Positions 1 to 13,225 of a stretch of 64,000 nt of DNA are shown here, piece by piece (within the stretch, counting starts at the first letter, position 1; every line of letters starts with the position of its first letter). The translations under genes and the position numbers were made by a program. Source of the stretch: Octopus vulgaris. Taxonomy: Eukaryota. The notes under the pieces are model-generated. The model saw only the letters and a list, made by a program, of their open reading frames with translations, did not search any database and was not told where the DNA came from. The stretch is from the NCBI GenBank assembly GCA_951406725.2, contig OX597820.1, positions 23,808,001-23,872,000 on the forward strand. Direction: 5' to 3'.

Positions 1-1660
1 CAATTATTACATCATCACCCTGAGCTCAGTGGAAAAGATGGGTGCATGATTATGTATGAAATTCAACCCAGGGAAGTCTAAGTGCCTGAGTATCATGAAA
101 GAAAAGCTGACAAACATCTCCACTTTTCAGAAATCTGAGATTTCAACATTTCTGTGCCTTGGGTTGAATTATGACAGTATCCTGAAGAACAAAGACAACA
201 CCAAAAACACTAACTAACCAACTGGCTGGAGAGCAGTTGAATCAACTACTCAGCTGCTTTAAGCTGTACTACTTATATTATGGCAAAATAACCCAAACTG
301 AAGTGGCTATTCCTGCTTTATGACCTACTCATGACATAGGTGGAGGCAATGGAGAAAGAAACATGTAAAATTGTCTATGTGTTTTCTAACTTTGCATTTG
401 GTTAACCTATACAGAAAGATCTCCAAGCTCTACTTATCAATATCATAGATAGTGGGAGAATTTAACGCTACTAAGTTAAGAGCAGTTAATATATTGTTAC
501 TTTCTGAGAATGAGAAGGTTAGGTACAGTAACAAGGCCATTGAAGGGTGGCAAGAAGTGGAAAACCCCAGGAAACTGTGAAGTAAGCTGAAACATATACT
601 GAAGACATCAGGGGATTGTTGGTCTGATCTGTCAAGAATGGCAAGGATTTGACAACTACAACACCAAGAGGTGAAGTGGTGCCAATTCTAAAGGCAGGAG
701 AGGGTTCATAGAGCAAGGGACAGGAAAAGCAATGGAAGAAGATCACTATGTAAAAGTAATAGGGTTTGCTTGCCAGAATACAGAGTGACCATTGGCTTAA
801 AGGGAATTCTGGATTACTGACCACAGAAAGACGGCCTTCCTCTTGTGTACTGTGGATGACTGTAAGCAAGCATCTACAAACTTAAAATCTGAGACAAAGA
901 AAATTAATTCCTTTAGCAGTGTGAAGCAATTCTTTGCACTATAAACAACATTTTGAGTAGGGACCCTAGGATACTGGAAGAAGGCTAATACAAATGGAGA
1001 CACAATAAGGTCCTTACTGAAATTGCCAAGTAGATGGACTTACAGAAAGTTAAGGCCAACAAGCCACAGGCATCACTACCCAAAAGTATCAGATTCTTAA
1101 AGAAAGATACTAAAGCACCTCAAGCAAAGCTGCTGTGTGGAACCCATTTTCTAATGTGTAAGAAATCCCTGAATGAGAAATGGAAGTGAATCTGAGGAAT
1201 AAAACTCATCTTTCCAGAAGTGGTGGCAGTAACATTGACCTGATCAGACTTGGTTCTTCTATCCTTGGGTAGAAAAAAAACCCCATCTTCATGGGTGAAC
1301 TCATAGAGCCCTGGGAGAACAGTCTTGACAAATCTCATCAGCAGACGAAAGCCAAACACCAGGACCTGGTTGATGAGGCTTTTATTGAAAGATGGTATAC
1401 ATCTTTGTTTCCCATTGAAGTTGGTTGCTGCAGTTTCCCAGCAAAATCAGTGATTTGTCTCTTGTAGAAAATTGATTTGGAACTTAAACAACCAAAGAAA
1501 GCCACTAAGGAGATAACCATGGCAACTGAGACTAAGAGATTGTAGATGAAACCCTTCTGTAGATGAAGGCTAATTCAGTCCTCACAACCCTGTTCAGGTT
1601 AAGGAGTGAAATGCTTGTGATCCTGAGGTACCTGTTTAAGATACAGACTTGTTTCCAACA
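1..1660 (+). mobile_element. Degenerate RLE-type non-LTR retrotransposon (HERO/NeSL-like), 3' half
   Basis: Frameshifted + strand peptides: MKFNPGKSKCLSIMKEKL (late RT, ~56), PKLKWLFLLYD (~292), DLVLLS..GEL.EPWE (~1247-1317, restriction-like endonuclease) and AKHQDLVDEAFIERWYTSLFPIEVGCCSFPAKS (~1350-1450), resembling the HERO C-terminus. Many stops. Confidence 0.75.
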
Positions 1661-2006
1661 ATGTGGTAACTTTATTCACCATCAAAAGAAAGCTCACATC
1701 ATCTTGAAATAACTCCTGCAGTTTCTACTTGGGATAAAGCAGCAGCAGTAGCAATACCACACACACACACAAATATGCCTTTTTTGAGATGTATCTGCAG
1801 TAAGTATGATATACAGATAGCTATTTTAATCTTTTAATATAATACTATTTCTGTTGCATATAATGGATACACACACACATCATACACCTATTATACATAA
1901 ATATCACATATTATATACATACTATGTATATGTATGTGTATATGTGTATATTATAAATATAATGTATATATATATGTAATGTATAAATGATGTATAAATG
2001 ATGAAA

Positions 2007-2236
2007 GGCGGCGAGCTGGCAGAACCGTTAGCGCGCCAGACGAAATGCGTAGCCGTATTTCGTCTGCCGTTACGTTGTGAGTTCAAATTCCGCCGAGGTT
2101 GACTTTGCCTTTCATCCTTTTGGGGTTGATAAATTAAGTACCAGTTATGCACTGGGGTCGATGTAATCGACTTAATACCTATGTCTGTCCTTGTTTCTCC
2201 CCTCTATGTTTAGCCCCTTGTGGGCAATAAAGAAAT
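2007..2236 (+). mobile_element. SINE family A (tRNA-like head, Nin/Deu-like core), young full copy
   Basis: GGCGGCGAGCTGGCAGAA head, GAGTTCAAATTCC B-box, core GCCTTTCATCCTTT.GGGGT.GATAAATTAAGTACCAG, AATAAAGAAATA tail. More than 30 related copies in the window. Confidence 0.85.
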
Positions 2237-2263
2237 ATATATATATATATATATTTACATATA

Positions 2264-2958
2264 TGTAGTGGTTCATGCAGGCATAGCATGAATTTGATCC
2301 TCGATAGCCAAATTTCACTTAATAGTTCAACAGCACTTTTCTCACAGTAAAACTATAGATTTTCTCTGAGTGACAGCAGTTACATTTGCCAGATGCCTTC
2401 ACTAAGCAGAATAATGTCTTCACCACTTGACCCTTCTAATCCCTTCTAGGCCACCAAAAGAGAGAATAGAGATAACAGACTGCCAACGAAATCTATTGTT
2501 CTCAACAATATGTCTATCCTTCCGGCTGGTTTTGGATAGTTATAAAGACAAGAACTCCGTAAGCCAAAGTAAGTCAGTGAGAGCGAAATGCTGTCTTGAC
2601 TGAGGTAACTTCATAGAGTGACAACTATAGAATTAACCAATGTAGAAGCTGTCTTGTCCCACGCTCTCTTGCTTTTCTTTTCTCTCCAATATTACCATAT
2701 CTCTCTCTATATACTACTGTGAGGTTGTGTACATACATTTACAGGCCGAAATTAACTTTCTTTAACTATGAACTGTGTTATACTATTACAACTAGCCTAC
2801 CCTTCGAGGTATGGTATATATAAAAGTAATGGTAAATAAATATTTCTTTACAGTCTCAATCACTGTTCTTCTTCCATCATGCATACTGGCAACCAACACC
2901 TTAACAACAAACTGTTACAATTGGTGACCTCGACTGCAATGAAGAACTAACCATTACA
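2264..2958 (+). mobile_element. LTR-like element (TG..CA, 2264-2919) followed by a tRNA-Trp-type primer binding site
   Basis: Starts TGTAG, ends TTACA at 2919. Internal TATAAA (~2541) and AATAAA (~2835). Then TGGTGACCTCGAC (2922-2934), near-complementary to the tRNA-Trp 3' end. Flanked by (TA)n. Confidence 0.55.
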
Positions 2959-3079
2959 TATATATATATATATACGTGTATATATATATATGTATATATG
3001 GATGTATATATGTATATATGGATGTATATATGTATACATATATGTATATATATATGAGTGTGTGTGTATATGTATATAT

Positions 3080-3130
<51 letters not shown>

Positions 3131-3211
3131 TATGAATATATAATATATATATATGTGTGTGTGTGTATGTATATATATATGTATATATGTGTATATATAT
3201 ATATATTTGTA

Positions 3212-3244
<33 letters not shown>
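2959..3244. repeat. (TA)n/(TG)n compound microsatellite
   Basis: Read directly; explains the spurious YI-rich ORFs. Confidence 0.95.
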
Positions 3245-3489
3245 GATCAATACCATCACATGGGTGAGAATGCAACTAAGATCAAAGTGGTACTCAGTAT
3301 GATTAAACAAAGTACAATATGGTGGCCTAGAGCGGAATATTCACGACTAAAAAAAGATACTCGTGTGTATAAAGAAGCTATCTTGTTATTGATTATTATC
3401 TAAATTAATCACTGAAGCTCAACCTTTCTTTGCCTTTCAGCCTTTCCCCTGTTTTGTCTCCGAATAAAAATATATAAAAATTAGGTTAG

Positions 3490-3573
3490 AGTTAACTCCC
3501 CATGTTTCCCAGCTCAGTAAAAGAGGGCGGTAGTCATGCTAGTAAACAGTTACGCTTCCGTCTTAGTTGGAGA
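3490..3573 (+). promoter_or_regulatory. Putative CpG-retaining promoter/5' UTR of the CHIC-like gene
   Basis: GGGCGG GC box (~3525) and CTTCCG ETS-like motif (~3555) just upstream of the ATG; locally CpG-rich. Confidence 0.4.
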
Positions 3574-3686
3574 ATGGCTGATTTCGATACTATATACCAA
3601 GAAGACGATGCTGAAGTACCTTTAGAAGAATTTATCATCACTGTTCCCGATCCAGTAGTAATTCGAGGGGCAGGAAATGTCACAAT
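3574..3686 (+). CDS. CHIC2: CHIC1/CHIC2-like protein, coding exon 1 (MADFDTIYQEDDAEVPLEEFIITVPDPVVIRGAGNVT)
   Basis: Matches the recalled CHIC2 N-terminus MADFDEIYEE..PDPVVVRGSGHVT. Donor GTAAGT at 3687, phase 2. Confidence 0.95.
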
Positions 3687-5809
3687 GTAAGTACCTGTGC
3701 CTTTCTGTGCGGCCTTTTCGTCACCCGTTTCTTCTAATCAGTCGTCTATCCACCTCATGTATGTAGACGACCAAACCAAGCCACAGTTGTTAATTCAATG
3801 TAATTGCTTCTCTCTTCTTCCCTTTCCTTCTATGTTGATCTGAAATAACCTCTCAAAATACTTGTCTGGGAACTTGTATATCCCGTTCTATAAGTTCCAG
3901 TGATTAATATCTAGGCATACAGTGGCTTTTGCAATTTTTTTTTCACCTGTGTGGACAGAGATATTTCAAAACGCTTGTTTGTCTTTCGTCGATTCCCTAA
4001 TTCCTTTTTTTTTCTGTTTTCCCACTGTAATTGTTTAGGTTCAGGTCATCTATGGTTGAGAAGTCTTATTCCAGCAGTCACCATTTCGTCTTTTTATTTA
4101 CTATCATTTTTGTTATAGCTTCAGGCTTGGTATATCTGGGACGACGTTACTCAACGTGTCCAGGACGGTGTGAATTTGAAGGATATTTGGCTACTATTTC
4201 CAACAGGTCGAGCGATAACGCAGAGGCTTCCCAGGCTGGTTCCGTATAGTGTGTATTTACGAATTATATATATATATATATATCGGAGTTGTACTTGCTT
4301 GGCAAGTGACTTGACCTGAGATTGAGTGTTGACACTGAAGCAATTACATCGTGGAAGGGTCATGTTATCTATTTAACTGTTGTTCACTTTCGTTTATTTC
4401 TTAATTGCTTCGTGTACTATAAAGTGTCAGAAAGTTTCGTTGCTCTTCTACAACCTGGCCACTGGCTCAATTCCACTGCATGTCCTTGGAGGTGACGCTT
4501 AGAATATGAGAAAGAACTCAAATATGGCTTATACAAAACAAACTTTCTATATATATCGCTCTGAGAAAATTCCCAGAAATTGAACAGAATCTGGATATTT
4601 CTCTCGTTTCATTGCTAATAGGGATATTAAAACCTAACACCGAAGTTTAATATAAGAATATGTTGTAAGATAGGGCAAGTCTAAGAGTTGTTTTCGCAGG
4701 CCTGAATGATTAAAAAAAATTCTTATTAAACGTAAACATGGGTATAATGGAAGAGACTGTTGTGGTGGGGCCTGCGGGAAAAATATTTGCCTTGGCAGGG
4801 AAGAATGGCTTTAAAACGCTTGTCGTATAGTCACTGTGTGTCCGTATTCTGTTGCACGAGAAAATCCTTTCCTTATCATCTTGTTCTTTTCCCTTCAAAT
4901 GCAACAAAACACAAAGAAAAAGAGCCCTAAGCAAGGTTATAAAAGATAATTACATTTGATGCATTCTGTATTGTTGTTCAGTGCCAGGTGAAAGGCAATT
5001 AACGTCCTTTGTATTTTTTGTTCTTTCCAGTATAGTGTATCTAGGACTACATTGTTCAATGTTTCCTTCCATTTTAAGACAGTATAATGTGATTTCAGGG
5101 AGATTTAGTTACTGTTTCTAGTATGTCGAATAATACATGAGGGCTACCACATGCATTCTGTGTCTTATACACGGGTACTTTTGATTGGAGTTTTCCCCCC
5201 ACTTTCATTTCCTTTTTGTATATGTTTGGTAAGATAACAGGGTAATGCCGTTACTTGGATAGGTAGGTAGGTAGATAAGAAGACCAAACATCCTTTTGTA
5301 TATGGTATTGATGCGTGTGGGTTTCAAATTTGCCTTAAACACATCTCACAAGCCTTTGTACAAGCACACAGAGTAGGTTGCTAGCTAGATGGTTGTAATT
5401 GTTTCGTCCCAGGTCTGCTCCGATCAAATTGATTTATGATGGTCCGACGTAGTGCAGCTATTACCATCCTGTCTTATTTGCTGTTGTAGTTTACCTTGGA
5501 CTATATTATCCCAGTGTGTTTCTTATTTCTTTTTGCAGAAGACACATCGTGGTTTAACGAAAATGTAGCTGCTAGGTATAGCAGGCTGAGCTGTCGCATG
5601 TAGTGGTTGATTTTGGTATTTGGGTAATTTTTATTGTTGTCATGGTTTCCGATATGATTTCCTCCATCCACACATTTTAAAACTAAATTTAGAGGAGTGA
5701 TTTCTAATCCTTTCTGTGTCGCCGTACCCCTAGGTTAAATCTTTACACCCACGACAAAAAGTATTATCGCATTGGAAGGTGAAAGGGTCAGTTCTTTTTT
5801 TTGTATTAT

Positions 5810-6160
5810 TCTTTTACTTGTTTCAGTCATTAGACTACGGCCATGCTGGAACACCACCCAGAAGAGTGTTAGTCGAATGAATCAACCCCCGATACTTTTG
5901 TTTTAAGCCTGGCACTTATTCTATTGGTCTTTTAGCCGAACCGCTAAGTTACGGGGATATAAACACACCAACACCAGTTGTCAAGTGATGGTCACACACA
6001 CTCACACACAACGCGCGTCTTTCAATTTCGCTCGACCAAATCCGCTCACAAGGCTTTGATCGGCCCAAAACTATAGTAGACACTAGTCGAAAGTGACACA
6101 GCGGAGCTGAACCCGGAACTATGTGGTTGGGAAAAAAACTTCTTATCGCACACAAGCATG
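5810..6160 (-). mobile_element. SINE family B (tRNA-like head, internal (TA/TG)n, AAACAAGTAAAAGA tail)
   Basis: Colinear with the copies at 6560, 19195, 27950 and 43040. Confidence 0.8.
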
Positions 6161-6559
6161 CCTGAAATTGAGCTACAGTTCTCTGGGACAATAATCTTGG
6201 TGTACTTAATAGGACACCGAGACAAAGTTATTTTTAAAAATAAATCAATAATGCTATTTTGAAAATCGATTTTCATATAGTGTAATACGTTCCCTCTTTA
6301 TTTGTACCTCTTGGGGATGAGGGGGGAATCCCAGGTGTCTTTCAGAGAATGGCAGGAGGAAGGGATAAAGTTATTGTTAAATCGAAGCCCTGATCCAAAA
6401 TGCTTGCAACTGCGTGAACTTCCACTAAAAGACACCCGAGTGTTCATGTGATGGTGTTAAAACGGGTCACAAAGAAGTCACACTTGTTGATAAAGCTTTG
6501 TTGTTGTTGGTTTTTGTTGTGGTGATGGTCGTGGCAGTGGTTAAGCTTGTTTATTCTCT

Positions 6560-6925
6560 TTTTACTCTTTTACTTGTTTCAGTCATTTGACTGCGGCCAT
6601 GCTGGAGCACCACCTTTTAGTACTTATTCTATCGGTTTCTTTTTGCCGAACCGCTAAGTGACGGGGACGTAAACACACCAGCATCGGTTGTCAAGCAATG
6701 CTAGGGGGACAAACACAGACACACAAACACACACACATATACATATATATACATATATACGACAGGCTTCTTTCAGTTTCCGTCTACCAAATCCACTCAC
6801 AAGGCATTGGTCGGCCCGGGGCTATAGCAGAAGACATTTGCCCAAGATGCCACGCAGTGGGACTGAACCCGCAACCGAGTGGTTGGTTAGCAAGCTACTT
6901 ACCACACAGCCACTCCTGCGCCTAT
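6560..6925 (-). mobile_element. SINE family B, young copy
   Basis: CTCTTTTACTTGTTTCAGTCATTTGACTGCGGCC..GGACTGAACCCG..ACACAGCCACTCC. Confidence 0.85.
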
Positions 6926-8049
6926 TGTTGAGTTTTATTGACATTGCTGTCAATGTTACGTTGATTGCTGATTATTTTTGTTGTATAATAATTTTTTTTT
7001 TAGGAACAAATGAAGCTATTAATAAGTTTCATATCGAAAATGTCGAACGCTACAAATGTTTTTCTTTTAATCTTTAACTGCTGCTGCTGTATTTAGCTCT
7101 GTGGTCAACTCTTGAGTGACAAAAAACTAGGATCAGAGTCATGCCATCCATGATCACTCCCGTCATATTGTACACCTAGAAATACATTATCCAGTGGGTC
7201 ATTTTTTTTAAAAGACTGTAGGTGAGATTTGGCTGCTACTTCTAGCAGACCAGGTCGAGCAGCCACGTGGAAACTCTCTCGTTGCTCTAGGGCTAGCCTT
7301 ATTGAACAGAATTCAATGCACTTTTTTTTTTTTTTCAAGACGTGTTCAGTTTAGGATTCCATTCTCGATTGTCGCCTTTTTATTTTAGACGGTACGGTGT
7401 GATATGAAAGATATTATTTTGGCTGTTATTTCTAGCTTGTTTGGCGACCACTTATAAAATCCCTCGTGTTTACGAGGCGGGTGGGGGTCGCTTATCTGGT
7501 GGAATATTTAGAATATAAGCCCGATCCAATGCAAGCGGCGGCGGCGGTAGTGAAGGGTGGAGTGTGAGAGTCAGATTTTAGTTAATGTGCCAAGACGAAT
7601 GTGTATGTAACATTCAGATGTGTGTGACTTTCACATAAACTATTCAGTTGGAACAGACACAGTGACTTCGTTTCAGCTGTCATAACATTTTACTCTCTCT
7701 CTCATAATTGATTTATGTGGAAATTTAACGACACCTTATCTACCCGGATATTATACAATCTTCTAAAATATATATATATTTTTTGGTAGATGATAACAGG
7801 ACAGGAAATTGAATATACGCTCAGTGTTTGTGTCTCTCTCACATCAGTTGTTTTACTTCTCTTGTCCTCAAACTAAACTACCCTCACCTATATGAAACTA
7901 CTATTCATCACAAATGGATCCTTTACAAAACCGTAACAAACGGCCTACATTAAATAAGCAGTAAAATTATTAGAACTACCATAGCGTGGCTGTGTGGGCA
8001 GATGTTTGGTTGTCAACCACTTTGTTTCAGGATCTGTCCCACTGTGCGG

Positions 8050-9050
8050 TCGAGCTGGCAGAAACGTTAGCACGCCGGGCGAAATACTTAGCGGTATTTC
8101 GTCTGCCGTTACGTTGGGAGTTCAAATTGACTTTGCCTTTCATCCTTTCGGGGTCGATAAATTAAGTACCAGTTACGCACTGGGGTCGATGTAATCGACT
8201 TAATACCTATGTCTGTCCTTGTTTGTCCCCTCTATGTTTAGCCCCTTGTGGGTAATAAAGAAATAGGTATCTTGGATCTGTTCCAGCTCAAGGCCGACCA
8301 AAAACTCGTGAGTGGATTTGGTTGATGGAAGCTGAAACAAGCCTGTGTGTGTGTATTTGTGTTTGCCCCCACCACTTCTTGAAAGCTGGTGTTGGTTTGT
8401 TTATGTCCTCATAACTTAGCAGTTTAGCAAAAGAGACCAATAGGATTAGTATCAGGCTTTAAAAAAAATAAGGAGTGGCTGTGTGGTAAGTAGCTTGTGA
8501 GTGGATTTGGTAGACAGAAACTGAAAGAAGCTTGTTGTGTATGTATATATATTCGCCTGGCCCCCGTGCCGGTGGCATGTAAAAAGCACCATCCGATCGT
8601 TGCCGTTTGCCAGCCCTGTCTGGCACCTGTACCGGTGGCACGTAAAAAGCACCCACTACACTCACGGAATGGTTGGCGTTAGGAAGGGCATCCAGCTGTA
8701 GAAACATTGCCAAATCAGACTGGGCCTGGTGCAGCCTTCTGGCTTCCCAGACCCCAGTTGAACCGTCCAACCCATGCTAGCATGGAAAGCAGATGCTAAA
8801 TGATGATGATGTGTATGTGTGTGTGTTTGTCCCCCCAACATTACTTGACAACTGATGGTGGTGTGTTTGTCCCCCCAACATTACTTGACAACTGATGGTG
8901 GTGTGTTTATGCCCTCGTAACTTAGCGGTTCAGCAAAAGAGACTGATAGAATAAGTACCAGGCTTACAAAGAAAAAGTCCTGGGGTCGATTTGCTCAACT
9001 AAAGGCGGTGCTCCAGCATGGCCACAGTTACATGACTGATACAAGTAAAT
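8050..9050 (+). mobile_element. Nested cluster: SINE A (8050-8265), SINE B pieces and an RTE-tail repeat (8555-8810, (GAT)n end)
   Basis: Recognisable family sequences abut each other; local ~37 bp tandem duplication at 8823-8910. Confidence 0.75.
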
Positions 9051-9604
9051 GAACATGGATGGATATAACTGATTGCTGTAAATGAAAAAGAAAAAAAAAT
9101 GTGCAAACTTCAATGAAAAGGAAGAAAACAAAGAAAAATTACATGGTTTGTAATTTAATGACTATCCTGAATCTGATGACAATTGGCTAATTTTTTTTCG
9201 ATGTCAAGTTTTCAATGTTTTTTGACTGATGATGTCTCAATTCTCCTCTTGTAGTTATTTACAATCTGGTTTATTGTTTAGTTTACAATTACAACATAAC
9301 ACTGAATCCACTTACAACAAAATACAACGAAGAAAAAACAATGAGTAGCTGTTTTATTTCTTGCTAAAGCTTAGAATTTTCGTTTTGCAAATGTAGCCAG
9401 ATTACGTCATCCATATTGTCATTTTTAACATCCACTTTTCACTTTTCCCCTGCTTACATGGGTAGGACAGAGTTTATTGAGGCAGATTGTCTGTCGTCAG
9501 ATGCCTTTCTTGTTACCTATCCTCACCTGTTTCCAAGCGAGGTAATAATTTCCCCATGGATAGACATGGTCTCGCGGAATATCGGAAATGAATGATATTG
9601 TTTG

Positions 9605-9935
9605 TTATTTCTTTATTGCCCACAAGGGACTAAACCTAGAGGGGACAAACAAGTACAGATAAAGGGATTAAGTTGATTACATCGACCCTGGTACTTAATT
9701 TATTGACCCCGGAAGGATGAAAGGCAAAATTGACCTTGGCGGAATTTGAACTCAGAACGCAGCGGCGAATGAAATAACACAAAGTATTTTGCCCAGCGTG
9801 CTAATATTTCTTATTTTTTTATTGCCCTCAAGGGGCTAAACATAGAGGGGACAAACAAGTATAGACAAAGGGACTAAGTCGATTACATCGACCCTGGTAC
9901 TTAATTTATTGACCCCTGAAGGATGAAAGGCAAAA
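9605..9935 (-). mobile_element. Two head-to-tail SINE A copies on the minus strand
   Basis: TTTATTGCCC..GGGGACAAACAAG..GGATGAAAGGCAAA occurs twice; both copies share an internal deletion. Confidence 0.8.
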
Positions 9936-11004
9936 CTTCTTACCACACAGCCATGCCTGTGCCTACTTTGTTGAAATTCCGCATAAATTTCAAAATGATC
10001 TTGTGAGTTTGTTAACCTTTTCGATACCTACCTGCTTAAGACTGCTCCTGTTTGTGTGATACAAATTTCCTGTATTAAAACCTAGCAAAATTCTGTGTTG
10101 ATTCATGTTTTAAACACTAACTTAATAAATTATTTTAGTAAATTTTTCATTATTTTCAAAATTAATTGAAACAAAAGCAATGTATTTCAATAGAAATAAT
10201 GGTGGCTAAATTTTTGGATGAGCAAGATGTGTATTGAAAAATAAAATATGAATTCATGGTATTTTTAGTTCATCATAGTCTCTAAATCTGGTCACCAATC
10301 CATCTTCCAGAGCCTGAAGATATGAGCAATAATATTCTAAATCCTCCTCCTCATTTTTAACATCTACTTTTCCATGTTGCATGGGTTGGACAGAATTTGC
10401 TGATGCAGATTTCCTACAGCTGAATACCTTTCCTGTCACCAACCCTCACCTGTTTCCAGACCATGACCAGGCGTGTTTTCTCAGAAGATTGGAAATGAAC
10501 AGCACTTCTATGATGGTGACATTTGTTTATGACTATCACTCAGTGTCAAGGCAAGGAGATAGGACATGAACACACACGCACAGTTTCTTGTGAAATCCGT
10601 CTACCAAATCCTCTCAAAAGGCTTTGGTCAGGCTTGGGATTTGGCAGAAGACACTTGACCAAGGTGTTATGCAATGGGATTGAACCCAGATCCATGTAGT
10701 TGGGACACATCTTCTAATGCTATTTTTGTAAAATATAATTTTGCTGCTAAAAGCATTTTATAATTCTATTTGCTTTAATAATGTTCATATTTGTTTGCAA
10801 TTTGGTGTTTGTATCATTTAATTTTTTTTGAATGTCAGAAAAATGATATAAATCTTTTTAGCTTTCTAACTTGTCGTGCATTTTCTAATAAAATGACTTC
10901 AAAAAATTCTTAACTAAAATTGTGGCAGACTTCATGTAATATGAGACATTCAAATTCCTTGTACTTTTTTGTGGCCAAATTTTCTGGAAAATATCAGTTT
11001 TCAC

Positions 11005-11372
11005 TTCTTTTATCTTTTACTTGTTTCAGTCATTTGCCATACTGGGGCACTGTCTTGAAAGGTTTTAGTCAAACAAATTGACCCCAGGACTTATTATTTT
11101 TTTAAGCTTAATACTTATCGGTCTCTTTTGCTTAGCCACTAAGTTACAGGGACATAAACACATCAACACCAATTGTCAAGCAGTGGTGGGGGACAAACAC
11201 AGACAGAGACACACATGTACACACACATGGCAGATTTTTTTCAGTTTCCATCTGCTAAATCCTCTCATAAGGTCGAGGCTATAGTAGAAGACACTTGCCC
11301 AAGGTGTCACGCAGTGGGACCGAACCTGGAACCATGTGGTTGGGAAGCAAGCTTCTTACCACAGAGCCACAC
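11005..11372 (-). mobile_element. SINE family B
   Basis: Family consensus match. Confidence 0.8.
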
Positions 11373-11769
11373 CTTATTCACTGCCTTTAAGTTTTATGTT
11401 GTCTGCTGCTGAGTTATTTTGTATTAAGTGTCATTGATGAATAACACAGTGACTGATCTAAGCTGCTCCGTCAATTGCACATGCATAATGTTTGTGAGAG
11501 GAACATTTATACAATCAACCCTTTGATATTCAGATTACTCTGTTTAATGTGATGCTTATTTATTCACATTGTTTTGAATTAATCATGCATCGTCTCATAG
11601 CTTTGAAATTTTGTTCACACTGGAAGGGCATCCAGCTGTAAAAGCCATGCCAAAACTGATCTCACCTGTGCTGGTGCCATGTAAAATGCACTCAGGCCAC
11701 TCTGTGGAGTGGTTGGTGTTAGGAAGGGAATCCAGCTGTAAAACCCCCCATCATAACAGACAGTAGCCT

Positions 11770-11988
11770 GGCAGAAATGTTAGCACGCTGTGCGAAATGC
11801 TTAGCGGTAGTTCGTCTGCCATTACGTTCTGAGTTCAAATTCCACTGAGGTTGACTTTGCCTTTCATCCTTTTGAGGTCGATAAAATAAAGTACCAGTTA
11901 CTCACTGGGGTCGATGTAATCGACTTAATCCCTTTGTCTGTCCTTGTTTGTCTCCTCTGTTTAGCCCCTTGTGGTCAATAAAGAAATA
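11770..11988 (+). mobile_element. SINE A with a 13-bp target site duplication, nested in an older repeat
   Basis: AGACAGTAGCCTG at 11758-11770 and 11988-12000. Confidence 0.85.
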
Positions 11989-12585
11989 GACAGTAGCCTG
12001 AGGTTGTCGTCTGCCTGGCCGGCCCCTGTCAAACCATCCAACCCATGCCAGCATGGAAGGCGGACGTTAAATGATGATGACCATTTATTTTTAGAATAAC
12101 ATTGTAGGGTAGGCATAAGATGCCAGATCTGGCCAGTTTTAACATAAAACAACAATATTTGAGTTGGATATGGTTGGTTTAAATGTTAAAAAGTTAGTGT
12201 TCAACTACTGTATAAATTGTAACATCTTTTGTGTCAGTTTTCATTAACTTCTTGAGTATTTTAATAATGTTGACTTCTTTTATCAGTGGGTTGAGATAAA
12301 TGTAATGACTATCACATCTACATGCGCACACAAACCATATCAATTACTGGCGCATCACACTTTGTCAACCAATCCTATATGTTCATTATCATCCTCCACT
12401 GCTCCTGCTACTGTGGTTAAAAAAAAAAAAACTCTGGACTTTCTGATGCCATTGTTCTTCAAATATAATCTTGTGTTATATGATGTAGAGTGTCACTGCC
12501 GTTTTTTTTCTGATAGATGGGCACAGCATGCTGCCAGGTTTACCATCACCATTTGACTCTTGAGAGTCATTAAACACCCTGTGTA

Positions 12586-12802
12586 CAAACGGGTGCTGGA
12601 AAGTTCCTGGCTTTAAGGGTACCACGAAAGGCCTGATTGGAGGCCCAACCTTTCAAGTTTTTTTTACAGGACTTAGAAAACTGAAGGACCACTGCAATAA
12701 GTTTATGAATCTGAGAAGGGGAATATGTTGAATAAAATCATAATTAACTGATCCTCTGTATTTGTTTTTATCCAAAGCCAGGAACTTTTCAGCACTCTCT
12801 CG
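12586..12802. mobile_element. Mariner-type MITE
   Basis: TA-flanked TIRs GTGCTGGAAAGTTCCTGGCTTT / AAAGCCAGGAACTTTTCAGCAC. Confidence 0.75.
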
Positions 12803-13037
12803 TACAAGGTAGGTGGGTGTAGGTTTTCATAAATTGTGTGTTCTTGGCGTGCCTCAGCTGTAGTAAACATACTCTTCTAATCTCTGTACTCTACTAACGG
12901 AGAGAGATGAGCAACAAAATATTATGCAATTTATATTGACATCCTCTCATTTAAATAGGTAAGAGTTTTACTTTGGAAATGAGTGCACAGTACCTTTCAG
13001 CAATCCACTGTGATATAAACAGAAGTGAAAGCTGTTC

Positions 13038-13225
13038 TGGAACCCAACCTAGTCCCCCATATCTACAGCATTCGCTGTTGGAATAAGGAGTGGTTGAAAA
13101 TCACGTGGTCATTAGCCTCAAATCGCCAGGTCTGGTCGGCGTTTGTGAGAGATGCAGCATTGAGGATGAATGAAGCCAGCTCATCCCATACCGGGTGAAT
13201 GCTGTCTCAAGACAAGAAGAAGAAA
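13038..13225 (+). mobile_element. RTE-clade LINE 3' end fragment
   Basis: LEPNLVPHIYSIRCWNKEWLK..LASNRQVWSAFVRDA..TG* followed by a CAAGACAAGAAGAAG tail. Confidence 0.6.

Noticed and set aside
3502-3573. In-frame upstream ATG giving a 24-aa N-terminal extension of CHIC
   Set aside because: Homology starts at MADFD (3574), and the upstream stretch looks like promoter or 5' UTR. It cannot be supported without TSS data.
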